Position numbers and translations under genes: made by a program. Under the pieces are notes generated by a model. It was not told where the DNA came from and ran no database searches. It saw nothing but the letters and a program-made list of their open reading frames with translations. Of a stretch of 64,000 bases of DNA, positions 39,455 through 50,267 are shown piece after piece (within the stretch, counting starts at the first letter, position 1; every line of letters begins with the position of its first letter). Source of the stretch: a virus (Duplodnaviria; Caudoviricetes); IMG/VR virus record IMGVR_UViG_2840619991_000006, positions 1-64,000 of that record; one strand, given 5' to 3'.

Positions 39455-39868
39455 ATGCTCGACGTTTCCATCACCGAGGTTTTCGGCGGCTGCGCCTGCG
39501 AGGGATGCCGCCAGACCCGCTCGATCAAGCTGGAGGGCGTCGCCATCGACGCCGCGCGTCGGCTCGACGCCAACCATGACGCCATCGCCCAGCAGATCAA
39601 GGCGCTCTTCGATCAGGTGAAGGACCTGATCGGGCAGGGCAAGGCGGACGCCGATGTGCTGTGGGAGATCATCAAGCACGAAACCGGCACCGAGGGCATG
39701 AAGGGGCTGCGGCTCGACACCGATTACCTGACGGACCACGGCATCGCCTTCCTGCATGTGCCGATCACCGACGCCAGCGCCGACACCACCGAACAGGACG
39801 CCGAACCCGCCTCGCAAGACGTGGGCGCCGTCGAGACCGCCGAGACGCCCGCCGCGGCGGCGGACTGA
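39455..39868 (+). CDS. acidic hypothetical protein
   Basis: AAGGA RBS, CxCxxC motif. Confidence 0.6.
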   Translation: MLDVSITEVFGGCACEGCRQTRSIKLEGVAIDAARRLDANHDAIAQQIKALFDQVKDLIGQGKADADVLWEIIKHETGTEGMKGLRLDTDYLTDHGIAFLHVPITDASADTTEQDAEPASQDVGAVETAETPAAAAD

Positions 39869-39955
39869 CCTCCCCTCCCCGCCTGCCGCCGGGGTGCGCT
39901 GAACCTGCAAGCACCCCGGCGCACTTCCTCCACGCACTGAACGCCAGAGGGACCC

Positions 39956-40339
39956 ATGGCTTCCCCTGCCCCACTCAACAACCCTGCCCCGCACGGTGCC
40001 TGGACGTTCTATCCGTTCCTGATCGCCATGAACCATGGCGCCCCGGCGAGGGTGGATTTTGGCAAGGCCCGTGGCGCCTTCGGCGTCCACGGCGAGGACG
40101 ACGGTTGGCACCTGACCCACCTGCCGACCGGCGCGCTGATCGGCATCGCGCCGAGTGCCGAGGCGGCGATGCACGCCGCCGAGGGGATCGAGAGGGTCTG
40201 GGATTGGACCAGCGCGGATGAACCCGACGATTCAGCCGCCCCGGTGATCCGAGAGGTTCTGCGCATCAACGGCGTGAAGCGGTCAGAAAGCCGGCCCGTC
40301 CGGGTGGCCCCCGTACAGACTCCCGTGATGGCAGCCTGA
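39956..40339 (+). CDS. hypothetical protein
   Basis: GAGGG RBS; W.LTHLPTG motif common in phage proteins. Confidence 0.6.
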   Translation: MASPAPLNNPAPHGAWTFYPFLIAMNHGAPARVDFGKARGAFGVHGEDDGWHLTHLPTGALIGIAPSAEAAMHAAEGIERVWDWTSADEPDDSAAPVIREVLRINGVKRSESRPVRVAPVQTPVMAA

Positions 40340-41132
40340 CCGCCCGCTCCTTAACCGCGCACAGGTGCGCTCCAGCCCCTAACGGTCCGGCCGCAGGGGT
40401 TCGGGCCGTGAAAGCGGGCTTCGGCCTGGCCCGACACCAGCACGGCCCGATGCTGGCACCAACAGGAGGCGAAGAGTGGATTGGATTCGCGACTGGACCC
40501 GATGGCTGCGCTGTCCGGGCGATTGGGGGAACTGGCCGCGTCCGCTGGATGACGCCGACCAGCCCCAGGTCGGACGCGATCCGCCCGACCGCCCCGGCAC
40601 CAAACGCGGGGCCGAACGCCAGGGCTCGCCGGTGCACAGGCCCAGCCTTGGTCAGTAGGTCCCAGCTTCGGCTCCCGCAATGCGCCGGGAATTGGCGGAG
40701 TAAGGGCGCGCCATCTCCTCAGCCGGAGGAGTCAAAACGGCCCCTCGCCCCCTTACCCGGCCTGACCGCTGGGTGGGGGTCGAGGCAGTAGAAGGGAATG
40801 GCGTCCCTTCCGCTGCACCAGGAAGAGGAGGACCGCACGCTTGAACTGATCCTGCTGGCGCTGCTTTGGGCGATGGGTGGGTTTCCCCCAGTCGCATCGG
40901 TCGGGGAGCCAAGGCAATACCCCGCGCAGCGAGCCAAGCCAGCACCACCGCCCAGCAGAAGGACGGCGGCAACCGCACCGAAACGGCCGGTGTATGGAGC
41001 CCGATCCTCTCCGGGCAGAACTCGACGATCTGACGAACAGAAAGCGCCAGCCGTTGCGGCTGGCCCCCGATCCCCCACCAAACAGACCAGCCGCAAGCCG
41101 CGGCACATCGCAAACCGAAAAGGAGAACGGGC

Positions 41133-41285
41133 ATGCCCGACGAAGACAGCGTGGTCACCAAGCCGACCCAGCTCGCCAGCGCCGAACCGACCGACGCCGA
41201 GATCGAATCCCTGGATCTCAACGACGGTGACGACGAGGACGGCGACGAGGACCAGGGCGGCAGCGAGCCGGACGAGGACGAGTAA
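41133..41285 (+). CDS. 50-aa hyper-acidic peptide
   Basis: AAGGAG RBS; MPDEDSVV...DGDDEDGDEDQGGSEPDEDE; absent from the ORF track. Confidence 0.6.
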   Translation: MPDEDSVVTKPTQLASAEPTDAEIESLDLNDGDDEDGDEDQGGSEPDEDE

Positions 41286-41415
41286 CGGCGGCCCCCGCCG
41301 GCCTGAATCGAGCCACCGGGCGCCATCCCGCCCGGCGGCTTCCCAGGACGCCCGGAGACGATCCGGACCTCCCGGCAAGCCGAACAGCAGCACCATCAAC
41401 AGGGGCGACATCGCC

Positions 41416-42120
41416 ATGGATCAGAACCAGACGCAGCCCACGGGGCAACCGAGATACGTCATCCACACGGACGCTGCGAACGCGGCCATGCACCTGATGT
41501 GCGGCTTCCGTTCGCTCGGCGTGGCGGGGGACGAAGAGGTGTGCACGCCCCACTCCCCCGAACTGCGCGCCCACCTTCAGGCGGTCCTCGGCCAGCTGCC
41601 GACCTGGGGACAGCGCGGGACCGAGCCGGTCCAGAACTACGCCGACTATCTCCGCGCTCTGGCCGATGTCCTGGCGCCCCCGGTCGCCGCCGAGGCGCAG
41701 GGGGCCGTTGAAGTTGAGACTTCCCAGCCGGACGTTACCCCGGTCGCGCCGGCGCCGACACTCTCCCCGGTCGAAGTGGCAAACCATCTCCTTGACCTCG
41801 CCACCGGGCGCTACATCCGACCCGAGCGTTGGGTGCTTGGCTCGGGACAGATTCCTGGTGAGCCGCGCCTTGCCGCATCGGTCACGGTCGAAATCTCGTC
41901 GCGCTCCGACACGACGAACTCCATCGGTGCATTCGTCACCGTGAAGGCCTTCAGCGCCGACTTCCACGGCACCCAGATTGCGTGCGGCTTCGATTTCGAC
42001 GCGGTGATCGCCGAGGCCAAGGAGAAGCTGGGCGCCCTGCCGACCACGGCGGACGTCGAGGAGCCCGCGGTGGAAGCGCCGTCGGCGCCCGAGGCCCCTG
42101 TGCCGAGTGAGGTGGCATGA
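41416..42120 (+). CDS. hypothetical protein
   Basis: 3' part of ORF 40798-42120 with protein-like composition. Confidence 0.55.
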   Translation: MDQNQTQPTGQPRYVIHTDAANAAMHLMCGFRSLGVAGDEEVCTPHSPELRAHLQAVLGQLPTWGQRGTEPVQNYADYLRALADVLAPPVAAEAQGAVEVETSQPDVTPVAPAPTLSPVEVANHLLDLATGRYIRPERWVLGSGQIPGEPRLAASVTVEISSRSDTTNSIGAFVTVKAFSADFHGTQIACGFDFDAVIAEAKEKLGALPTTADVEEPAVEAPSAPEAPVPSEVA

Positions 42121-43856
42121 TGGCCGACTTCCGCCCGAACCGCGACCGCACCGACCTCCCCGCCGACGCCGAACGCTGCGCCACCATCTGCGCGCGCTTC
42201 CACCGCGGCATCGCCGCGAACTGCTTCGCGCGTGGCCTGACGCATGTCGGTCGCCGTCACGAACAGATCGCTGACCGGCTGGTCGCCCTCCGGAAGCCCA
42301 CCTCGATCACCATCCTCACCGCGCCGACGGCCGAGACCAAGAAGCGGAGGGCCGCATGATCGCCCTGCCTTTCTGCTCCGGCTTCAAGATCGGCGACCGC
42401 GTCAAACACGCCAGCGAGCTCGTCACGCTGCCGGCGGCGCAGATCGACCGGCTCAGCCCCTGCAGCAACGGCGTCGTCTTCGCCGAGACGTCGAGCTGGA
42501 GCGCTCCGGTGGATCGCATCCGCTTGGCCGGGCCGGGCTTCGCCGGGATGGTCAACGGTGGCGCCGCCGCCCTTCCGGTCGGAGGTGCCGCGTGACCAAG
42601 AAGCTGAACGAGCCGGAAATCTACTTCGTCGGCCAGAACGAGGTCGGCCCCCGGCACCCGACCGCCGGGTTCTACGTCGCGCCGCTCACCGCGGCGGGGC
42701 GTGCCGAAGGACCTTTCGCCAGCCGTGACCGGGCGGAAGAGTTCGCGCGAGGCCGGTCCATGGATCTGAGGGTGGCGTGATGGTTTCCCAGGACGCCATC
42801 GCCACCACGACCGCCATCGGCGCCGCTCTGCGCCAGCATGCGGACCGGGACGGCTACGTGCCGGTCGCCGCGCTGCGAGAACGGTTCCCGGTCGAGGTGC
42901 TGGCCGCTCATCTGCTGCCGGCTCTGGCACAGGTGAACCGGCACCGCGAAGCGGTGGGAGGCTGAACACTATGGCCGCGCGCTTCCGCTTCTACGCCGAC
43001 TTCACCGACAAGTGGGGCGAACTCCAGACCATCAACGTGCTGGCGGATTCGGCTGAAGATGCGGTGCGCCGCCTGCGCTGGGATGCCGGCAATTTCGCCA
43101 AGAATTTCAAGTTCCGCCCGGATTGGGACCTGATCGTCTTTGACGACGGGACGCTGATGCTCCGGACGGAGTGGGAACAGTTCAGGCGCCGGCAGGAAAT
43201 GCCGGCTGCCGCTGCGGAGTGAACCAGATGCCCAAACCTCCCTCCCCGGCGCAACTCGCCGCCCAGGTCGAGACCTGGAACAGCCAGAACCCTGTCGGCA
43301 CCAAGGTGGTCGTCCGCTGTGACGACGGCACCAGCCACATCACCGTCACGACCAGCGAGGCGTGGGTGCTGAGCGGCCACAGCGCCGTCATCCTGCTCAA
43401 GGGCATCTCCGGTTGTTACCTGCTGAATCGGGTGACCGCGATCAGCGCCGACCACACGGTGGAGCCCTGACCGCAATGGCCGCCACCTCCCAACACCACC
43501 ACGCCACGGTCTTCGAAAACCGCATCAACGGCAACGTCGTCGCCTCCGCCCAGGTGGTGATCTCCTTCAGCTACGCCGCCCTGCCCTCCCCTGCCGGAGC
43601 ACCCCTCGGCGGTACCGTGACGTTCCTCGGCGCGGACATCGTCTGCGGCCCCGGCACGTCGATCCGGAAGACCCGTCCGGCCCCACCTCACATCGATATG
43701 TGGGCCAAGCGCTACACCGCGGCGAACGCCGCCATCCTCATCGCCGAAGCGACGGCTGACCACGTGCCGCAGCAGTGCGGCGCCGGCCCTCAGAAGCTGC
43801 CGGTCGCTTCTCCCCACACCATCCCCTCCCCTGCCCTTCTCCAACACGGAGCCTGA
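42117..43856 (+). other. run of about 7 small coupled hypothetical phage genes (42117, 42356, 42592, 42777, 42971, 43228, 43476)
   Basis: ATGA/GTGA overlaps and GGAG RBSs. Confidence 0.55.
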
Positions 43857-43861
43857 ATCCC

Positions 43862-44389
43862 ATGAACGCCATCTCCCGCCGCCTTTCCGCCGTATCGCCC
43901 CCCTGCACCAGCATGAGCGTGCCCAAGCGCGGCCGCCGCGCCACCGGGCGCCCGCTGCACAGCGAGGCCCCGAACCCCGTCGATATCCATGTCGGCGCCC
44001 GCGTCCGGCTGCGTCGCACCCTGCTCGGCATGTCGCAGGAGAAGTTGGGCGACGCCCTCCGCCTGACCTTCCAGCAGGTACAGAAGTACGAGCGCGGCGC
44101 CAACCGCATCAGCGCCAGCCGGCTGTTCGACCTTAGCCGCGTCCTGGACGTGCCGATCTCCTTCTTCTTCGACGACATGTCGGAGGCGACCATGGCGGCG
44201 GCGCCGGCGGAGGAGGTGTGCGCCTCCGGCATCGAAGCCGCCGAGCCGGACCCGATGGCCAAGCGGGAAACGCTGGAGCTGGTGCGCGCCTATTACCGCA
44301 TCCCCGATGCCGCGGTGCGCAAGCGCCTCTTCGAAATGACCAAGGTGCTGGGCAAGACCGGCGGCGACCAGTCCGGCGCCGAGGCCTGA
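43862..44389 (+). CDS. XRE-family regulator (alphaproteobacterial PNPVDIHVG type)
   Basis: DIHVGARVRLRR..LGMSQEKLG...QQVQKYERGANRISASRL. Confidence 0.9.
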   Translation: MNAISRRLSAVSPPCTSMSVPKRGRRATGRPLHSEAPNPVDIHVGARVRLRRTLLGMSQEKLGDALRLTFQQVQKYERGANRISASRLFDLSRVLDVPISFFFDDMSEATMAAAPAEEVCASGIEAAEPDPMAKRETLELVRAYYRIPDAAVRKRLFEMTKVLGKTGGDQSGAEA

Positions 44390-44419
44390 CGGGACCACCT
44401 CGACAGAAGGCAGCGCGCC

Positions 44420-45229
44420 ATGAACATGATCACCCGCCCGGCGCCTGAACCGGGCATCCACCGCATGCCTGAGGACGACTATCACGCCAGCCCGGGACTC
44501 TCGGTGTCCAAGCTGAAGGTCTTCGCCGATGCGCCGGCGAAAGCTCAGTTCGGTGAGCGGTCGGAAACCTCCTCGCAACGCTTCGGGAGCCTCATCCACT
44601 GCGCGGTGCTGGAGTCCGCCGACCTGGAAAACCGCTACTTCGTCTGCGACCTGGAGCGCCTGAACCCGCGTGACGGCGCCTATAAGGAAGCGCAGGCGAA
44701 AGCCGGTCACCGGACGCTGGTGAAGCGTCCCGATTGGGACGAGGCCCTTCGCATCCGTGATGCCGTCCACCAGCACCCCATCGCGCGGGAGCTGCTGGGG
44801 AAGAACCTCTTGGTCGAGCAGTCCTTCTACTGGAAGGACGAGATGACCGGTCTGCTGCGCCGTGGCCGCGCCGATGGCTTGCGTCCGGACATGCGGGTGA
44901 TCGTGGACCTGAAGTCCACCACCGACGCCAGCCGGTACGGCTTCGCCCGGTCGGTCGCGGAGTATCGGTACCACTGGCAGGACGCCTACTACCGTGACGG
45001 CATCAAGGCAATCGCCTGGGAGCCGGAAGCCTTCATCTTCCTCGCCGTCGAGAAAGAGCCCCCGTTTCTGGTCGGCGCCTATGAGGTGCCGGAGGAAGAC
45101 CTTCAGCGGGGCCGCGAGCGCGTCCGCGAAGAACTGACCCGCTATGCCGAGTGCGTCCGGACCAACAACTGGCCCGGCTACTCCGACACGCTCGAAACCC
45201 TTCATCTGCCCGAATGGGCGCACCGTTAA
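44420..45229 (+). CDS. RecE-like PD-(D/E)XK exonuclease (DUF3799)
   Basis: YHA..GLS.S.LK, GSLIH..VLE, EQSFYW, RGRAD, DLKST, YHWQ.AYY. Confidence 0.85.
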   Translation: MNMITRPAPEPGIHRMPEDDYHASPGLSVSKLKVFADAPAKAQFGERSETSSQRFGSLIHCAVLESADLENRYFVCDLERLNPRDGAYKEAQAKAGHRTLVKRPDWDEALRIRDAVHQHPIARELLGKNLLVEQSFYWKDEMTGLLRRGRADGLRPDMRVIVDLKSTTDASRYGFARSVAEYRYHWQDAYYRDGIKAIAWEPEAFIFLAVEKEPPFLVGAYEVPEEDLQRGRERVREELTRYAECVRTNNWPGYSDTLETLHLPEWAHR

Positions 45230-45243
45230 GAGAGGCATTCTCC

Positions 45244-46377
45244 ATGGCTCATTCCGCCATCGGCATGACTCCGCCCACCAAATCCGTAGCCGAGCTTCGC
45301 GCTGCCGGCAAGCAGACCGCGAAGCAGGCCGGCGGCAGCACCGTCGCCGCGTTCTTCGAGCTGAACAAGGACGCCATCAAGGCCGTTCTGCCCCAGCACA
45401 TGACGCCCGACCGGATGCTGAAGATCGCGCTCCGGGCGATGCGCACGACGCCGAAGCTGATGAACTGCACCCTCGACTCTTTGTTCGGTGCCGTCATCAC
45501 CTGCGCGCAGCTCGGCTTGGAGCCGAACACCCCGCAGGGCCACATCTACCTGATCCCCTTCGAGAACAGGCGAAAGGGCGTCACCGAGGTCCAGGTCGTC
45601 ATCGGCTACAAGGGTCTGCTGGATCTCGCCCGCCGCTCCGGCGAAATCGAGACCATCGCCGCTCGCGTCGCCTACAAGGGCGACGACTTCAGCATCGAGT
45701 ACGGCACGACCGACAGCATCACCCATAAGCCGAAGATGGAGGGGGATGTCGGCAAGCCTCTGGGCGTCTACGCGGTCGCCAAGCTGAAAGGCGGCGGCTA
45801 CCAGTTCGAGTGGATGTCCGTCGCGCAGGTCAACGAAATCCGCGACGGCTCCCAGGGCTACAAGACTGCCGTCCGGTACAACAAGACCGACACCCCCTGG
45901 GTCTCCAATTGGGAGGAGATGGCCCGGAAGACAGTCATCCGACGCCTCTGCAAATACCTCCCGATGTCGATCGAACTCGCGACGGCCGCCGCCCTCGATG
46001 GTCGTGCTGAAAAGGGCATGGACCAAGGGCTGGAGCATGTTCTGGACGGCGATTTCATGGTGCTCCCGGAAGACGCCACGGACGAAGCCTCTGGTGATCA
46101 GGCTGCTGAGAACGGCGAGCAGGACGCCGACGCTTCTTCGCCGCAGATCGAGAGCAAGCCGGAGCAGGCCATGCCGATGCCCACGGTGGACGAGCGCCAA
46201 GCCGAACGCGTCGAAACGGACAGCTCGGCAACCGCTCCCAAAAGCGCTGCTCAACCGAAGGCCGCCCGGCCCGCCAGCACCACCGCCTCGGCGCCGCCGC
46301 CATCGCCCACCGAAGACGCCATACCCGACCTCCCGGCGGATGACGACACCGACACCGGCAGCCTCTTCTCGGAGTAA
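45244..46377 (+). CDS. recT: RecT recombinase
   Basis: LPQHMTPDR, AQLGLEP, YLIPF, IGYKGL, W...WEEMARKTVIRRL.KYLP. Confidence 0.93.
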   Translation: MAHSAIGMTPPTKSVAELRAAGKQTAKQAGGSTVAAFFELNKDAIKAVLPQHMTPDRMLKIALRAMRTTPKLMNCTLDSLFGAVITCAQLGLEPNTPQGHIYLIPFENRRKGVTEVQVVIGYKGLLDLARRSGEIETIAARVAYKGDDFSIEYGTTDSITHKPKMEGDVGKPLGVYAVAKLKGGGYQFEWMSVAQVNEIRDGSQGYKTAVRYNKTDTPWVSNWEEMARKTVIRRLCKYLPMSIELATAAALDGRAEKGMDQGLEHVLDGDFMVLPEDATDEASGDQAAENGEQDADASSPQIESKPEQAMPMPTVDERQAERVETDSSATAPKSAAQPKAARPASTTASAPPPSPTEDAIPDLPADDDTDTGSLFSE

Positions 46378-46383
46378 CCGACC

Positions 46384-48297
46384 ATGATGATGACTGCCAA
46401 CGTCCGCGCGTTCCAGATCCTGGAACGCGCCGACATCACCTTCGGCGAAGGCGTCACCCTGATCGCCGCCGAGAACAGCAACGGCAAGTCCTCCGTCGCC
46501 AAGGCCATCGCCGGCGCCATGGCCGGTGACCCGCTCCACGGCTATCTGAAGAAGGACGTCAAGGCGCTGGTGAAGGACGGCGCCAAGTCCGGCTCCGTCA
46601 TGGTCACTGGGCCGGGCGGCTCCATCTCGGTCTCCTATCCCAAGGCCGAGGTGAGCAGCACCGGCACCCCGCCCACGCTGGGGCGCATTGCCGCCGGCCT
46701 CGACTCCTTGGTGGACATCGACCAGAAGAAGCGTGGCTTGGTGCTGGGTGAACTGCTGAAGACGGCGCCGACCCGCGAGGATCTGGCCGCCGCCCTGGCG
46801 GATGCCGGCTTCAAGGATGAACCCGCCGCGGCGTCCATCAACAAGGCCCTGGAGGAGGCCGGGAAGACCGCCGATCCGGCCCTCTCCCTCATGGATTATG
46901 CCAAGCTCCTGAAGGCGGCCGGCGTCGGTCTGAACATCGTCCACTGGCTCTGGTGGCAGATCGAGACGCGCGGCTGGGACGGCGCCCTGAAGAAGCTTGA
47001 GGGCGAGCGCACCGAACTGAAGGGCCGTTGGGCCGAGGTATCCGGCGAGGCCTTCGGCGACCAGAAAATCCAGGACTGGAAGCCGGAAAGCTGGACGCCG
47101 GATCTCGCCGAGGTGTCCGCCGACGGCTTGCAGGCCGTTCTCACGGCGGCGAACGCGGCGCTGGAGACGGTTGTCGCCGAACAGGCGGTGGACCAGTCCG
47201 AATTCGACCGTCTCCGTGCCGATGCGGGCAAGCTCGACGCGCTGAAGGAGGCCGAGCAGGCCGCGAGCAAGAAGAAGCTCGACGCCGAGGTGGCGGTGGT
47301 CGATGCCGAGAAGGTGATGAGGGACACCGATCTCGCGGTGGCGAATCTGCTTCCGACGGAACTGGACAGCGGCCTGACCTGCCCCCACTGCCAGGGCAAG
47401 GTCCACTACCACCGTGGGGTCGGCGGTGAACGCCTCGACAAGGCGGAGCACGTCACCGACGACGAGCTGAAGAAACGTCGCTTGGAACAGGCGAGCGCCG
47501 AAGGGAAGCAGTCCAAGGCGCGCGGCGAACTCAATCAGGCGCGCAAGGCTCTCACGGATGCGCAGCGCGTTCTTGACGACGCCCAGCGCGCCGTGGCCGG
47601 AGCAGAGTCGGCGAAGCGGAAGCTTAACGACCTGGAGGCGCAGAGCGCCGGGAAATCCGGTTCTGCGGAAGCGGTGCAGAAGGCCCGTGACGCCGCGGCG
47701 ACCGCACAGCTCCGCCTCAGCCTCTTCCAGACCAAGGCCCGCGCCGATGCTCTGGCCCGCCAGATCACCTCGATGTCCACCATCATCGGCATCCTCGCGC
47801 CGACCGGGCTGCGGCAGGCCAACACGCAGAGGGTGCTCGACACCTTCAACGACGGCATGCTCCGCCCGCTGTGCGATGCCGCCGGTTGGAAGGCCGTCCG
47901 GATCGAACCGGACATGAGCATCAGCTACGGCGGCCGGCCCTACAGCCAGCTTTCCGGTCTGGGCCCGCAGCTTTCCTCTGACCAGTACCGGGTGCGCGCG
48001 ATCCTGCAGGTCGCCCTCGCCGAGCGGGCCGGCGATCGGCTGGTGATCCTCGACGCCGCCGACGTCCTGGACCAGAAGGGCCGCAACGGGCTGTTCGGCA
48101 TGCTGAAGCGCGCCGGCATGGCCGCTGTGGTCTGCATGACGTTCAGCGCTGCGGCGTTGAAGGGACGGAAGGTCCCGGACCTGGAGAAGGCCAAGCTCGG
48201 CCGGACCTTCTGGATCTGCGGCGGCGTCGCCCAGCCGCTGGCGGCGGTGACGGCTGCCCCCCCGCAGGCTGGCAGCCAGGCCGCCGAGGCGGCGTGA
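46384..48297 (+). CDS. SMC/Rad50-like coiled-coil ATPase
   Basis: AENSNGKSS Walker A, CPHC zinc hook, LS signature, ILDAAD.LD. Confidence 0.75.
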   Translation: MMMTANVRAFQILERADITFGEGVTLIAAENSNGKSSVAKAIAGAMAGDPLHGYLKKDVKALVKDGAKSGSVMVTGPGGSISVSYPKAEVSSTGTPPTLGRIAAGLDSLVDIDQKKRGLVLGELLKTAPTREDLAAALADAGFKDEPAAASINKALEEAGKTADPALSLMDYAKLLKAAGVGLNIVHWLWWQIETRGWDGALKKLEGERTELKGRWAEVSGEAFGDQKIQDWKPESWTPDLAEVSADGLQAVLTAANAALETVVAEQAVDQSEFDRLRADAGKLDALKEAEQAASKKKLDAEVAVVDAEKVMRDTDLAVANLLPTELDSGLTCPHCQGKVHYHRGVGGERLDKAEHVTDDELKKRRLEQASAEGKQSKARGELNQARKALTDAQRVLDDAQRAVAGAESAKRKLNDLEAQSAGKSGSAEAVQKARDAAATAQLRLSLFQTKARADALARQITSMSTIIGILAPTGLRQANTQRVLDTFNDGMLRPLCDAAGWKAVRIEPDMSISYGGRPYSQLSGLGPQLSSDQYRVRAILQVALAERAGDRLVILDAADVLDQKGRNGLFGMLKRAGMAAVVCMTFSAAALKGRKVPDLEKAKLGRTFWICGGVAQPLAAVTAAPPQAGSQAAEAA

Positions 48298-48546
48298 GGG
48301 CGCCCGACATGCTCGCCACCCTCTCCCCTGCCCTTCCCACCGGCGAGGTGCCCTCAGCACCTCACCGCGCCACCCAGCTCACGGCCTCCTTCGCACACCA
48401 CCTCATCGATGCCGGCATGGCCGAAACCTACGACGCGGCCCTCTTCAGCCTCATCCATGTGCGGCGCTGGGGGATCGGTCGGTGGGGCTGGTCAAGCATT
48501 GGGAGCGGGTGCTGGGACTACCGCTGGACCCGAAGGACTGACCACT

Positions 48547-49206
48547 ATGGGCCGCTCCATTCACACCGCCTGCACCTTGTGCCGGAAGACCTTCAAGAAC
48601 CCGACACGCCTGCTGAGGCACCTCAGGGATGTCCACGGCGTCGTGACGGCGGCGGAGGTACCGGCATCGCCGCGCTCCGCCGGTACCCCGCCCGCGGCAC
48701 CGACCGGGATCGTCCACGTCTACACCGACGGCGGCTGCAATCCGAATCCCGGTCCCGGCGGCTGGGGTGTGGTCCTGATCTGGGGAAACACCGAAAAGGA
48801 ACTCTGCGGCGGTGACCTGACGACCACCAACAACCGGATGGAGATGACCGCCGCCATCGAGGCGCTGAAGGCGCTCACCCGTCCGGTCCATGTGCAGATC
48901 CACACCGACAGCCAGTACCTGCGCAACGGAATCATGAAGTGGATTGCTGGCTGGAAGCGGAACGGATGGAGAACAAAAGATAAGCAGCCGGTCAAGAACG
49001 CTGACCTCTGGATGGAACTGGACCGGCTCGTCGCCCTGCACACCGTCACCTGGACGTGGGTGAAGGGGCATGCCGGAAACGTCGGGAACGAGCGCGCCGA
49101 CAAGCTGGCTACCCGTCGCCGGAAGGAAGCCCTAAACCGACATCGCGCCGTCGCTGCGCCTACGCGCCGACCGGCTGCCCAGGAACTGGAGACCATCCAT
49201 GCTTGA
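48547..49206 (+). CDS. rnhA: ribonuclease HI with N-terminal C2H2 zinc finger
   Basis: [43 protein letters not shown]. Confidence 0.93.
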   Translation: MGRSIHTACTLCRKTFKNPTRLLRHLRDVHGVVTAAEVPASPRSAGTPPAAPTGIVHVYTDGGCNPNPGPGGWGVVLIWGNTEKELCGGDLTTTNNRMEMTAAIEALKALTRPVHVQIHTDSQYLRNGIMKWIAGWKRNGWRTKDKQPVKNADLWMELDRLVALHTVTWTWVKGHAGNVGNERADKLATRRRKEALNRHRAVAAPTRRPAAQELETIHA

Positions 49207-50047
49207 TACCGCCCCCGTGAAGTGGCTCCCCTGGAAGATGCTGGTGGGTCGCTCCTCCGCCCCCTTTCCGACCGCGCGCGTCATCGTCGAGAGCGGCGCC
49301 CGGCACATCGAGGTGGTGGAGGATCTGTTCGCACCGGACGTCACCGACAGTCAGCGGGACCGGGCCTTTGTCCTCATGGCCATCGCCTCCGCGCTCACCT
49401 TCCGGGTGGTGACCAGATACCCGGCAGCGGCACGCCTCTACCTGTCGAAAGGAACGGTGGCCGTGTCGGAAGCAATCCGCCATGCGGCCCCACATCTCGG
49501 ACCAGCGGTGTCGGTTGGCCTGGATATCCCGTGGGTGTGGCTCCTCCTCCGCGCCTCCGCCCAGGCAGACCTCGACCAGGGCGTGCCCGAACTGCTGGAG
49601 ACGCCCGCCGCGCTGCGCGGGGTGCTGCTGGACGGGCCGGTGGAGAAGGTGGACCTGACGACACTTCCGTCGCGCTTTCGTGGCGATGATCGCCCTCTGT
49701 ATCGAATCGACGCCTTACGCGGGCAACATCGGTGCGGTCCGAGCGTCGTGTACGCGGGGACAAAGCTGGACTGGATCGTCCTCCGCGGCGCCACCGGCCC
49801 CAACGCCAAGCCGCTCCACCCTGACATCGCCCGGTCTGTCCGGGACCAGTGCCAGGATGCGAAAGTTCCGTTCTGCTTCGAAAGCTGGGGCGAGTGGTCG
49901 CCCGCGCCTCAAGGGGGAAATGCCGCGACCCTCGTTCATGACTGGCCGAACGGCGAGCGCTTTTTCAGGGTGGGCCAGCGGGCCGCCGTCCGCCTCCTCG
50001 ATGGCAAGGTCTGGGACGACATGCCGGAGGTGGCCCATGCAGGATAA
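49199..50047 (+). CDS. degenerate DUF5131 (Gp37Gp68-like) protein
   Basis: DLF, LDWIV..G.TGP.A.P.HPD..R..RDQC..A.VPF.F..WGEW; lacks the N-terminal Cys motif. Confidence 0.65.
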   Translation: MLDTAPVKWLPWKMLVGRSSAPFPTARVIVESGARHIEVVEDLFAPDVTDSQRDRAFVLMAIASALTFRVVTRYPAAARLYLSKGTVAVSEAIRHAAPHLGPAVSVGLDIPWVWLLLRASAQADLDQGVPELLETPAALRGVLLDGPVEKVDLTTLPSRFRGDDRPLYRIDALRGQHRCGPSVVYAGTKLDWIVLRGATGPNAKPLHPDIARSVRDQCQDAKVPFCFESWGEWSPAPQGGNAATLVHDWPNGERFFRVGQRAAVRLLDGKVWDDMPEVAHAG

Positions 50048-50267
50048 CGCCGCCGGGGAAACGACGAGCCTGACCATCCGCATTCCTGTCGTGCTCAAGG
50101 ATCGCCTCGAACGTGCGACCAAGGCAGGCCCCTACGAGATGACCATGACGAGCATTGTCCTGCGCGGCGTGGACCTTGCGCTCCAGGAGCTTGCCGCCAT
50201 GGAAGCGGCCCGAATTGCTCACGCTGCTGCCAACGGCTTCCAAGACATTGAGGTTTCCAATGCATAA
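50037..50267 (+). CDS. ribbon-helix-helix (Arc-like) protein
   Basis: SLTIRIPVVLKDRLERA. Confidence 0.55.
   Translation: MQDNAAGETTSLTIRIPVVLKDRLERATKAGPYEMTMTSIVLRGVDLALQELAAMEAARIAHAAANGFQDIEVSNA

Noticed and set aside
40355-40440. tRNA or group II intron domain V
   Set aside because: Has GTGAAAG and ends ...ACCA, but shows no cloverleaf/T-loop consensus and there is no RT gene; kept only as generic structured RNA
40798-41415. N-terminal 206 aa of the 440-aa ORF
   Set aside because: Low-complexity Arg/Pro/Thr translation overlapping the better-supported acidic peptide; real start probably 41416
45226-48360. 1044-aa minus-strand ORF
   Set aside because: Antisense shadow of recT and the SMC-like gene caused by high-GC codon bias
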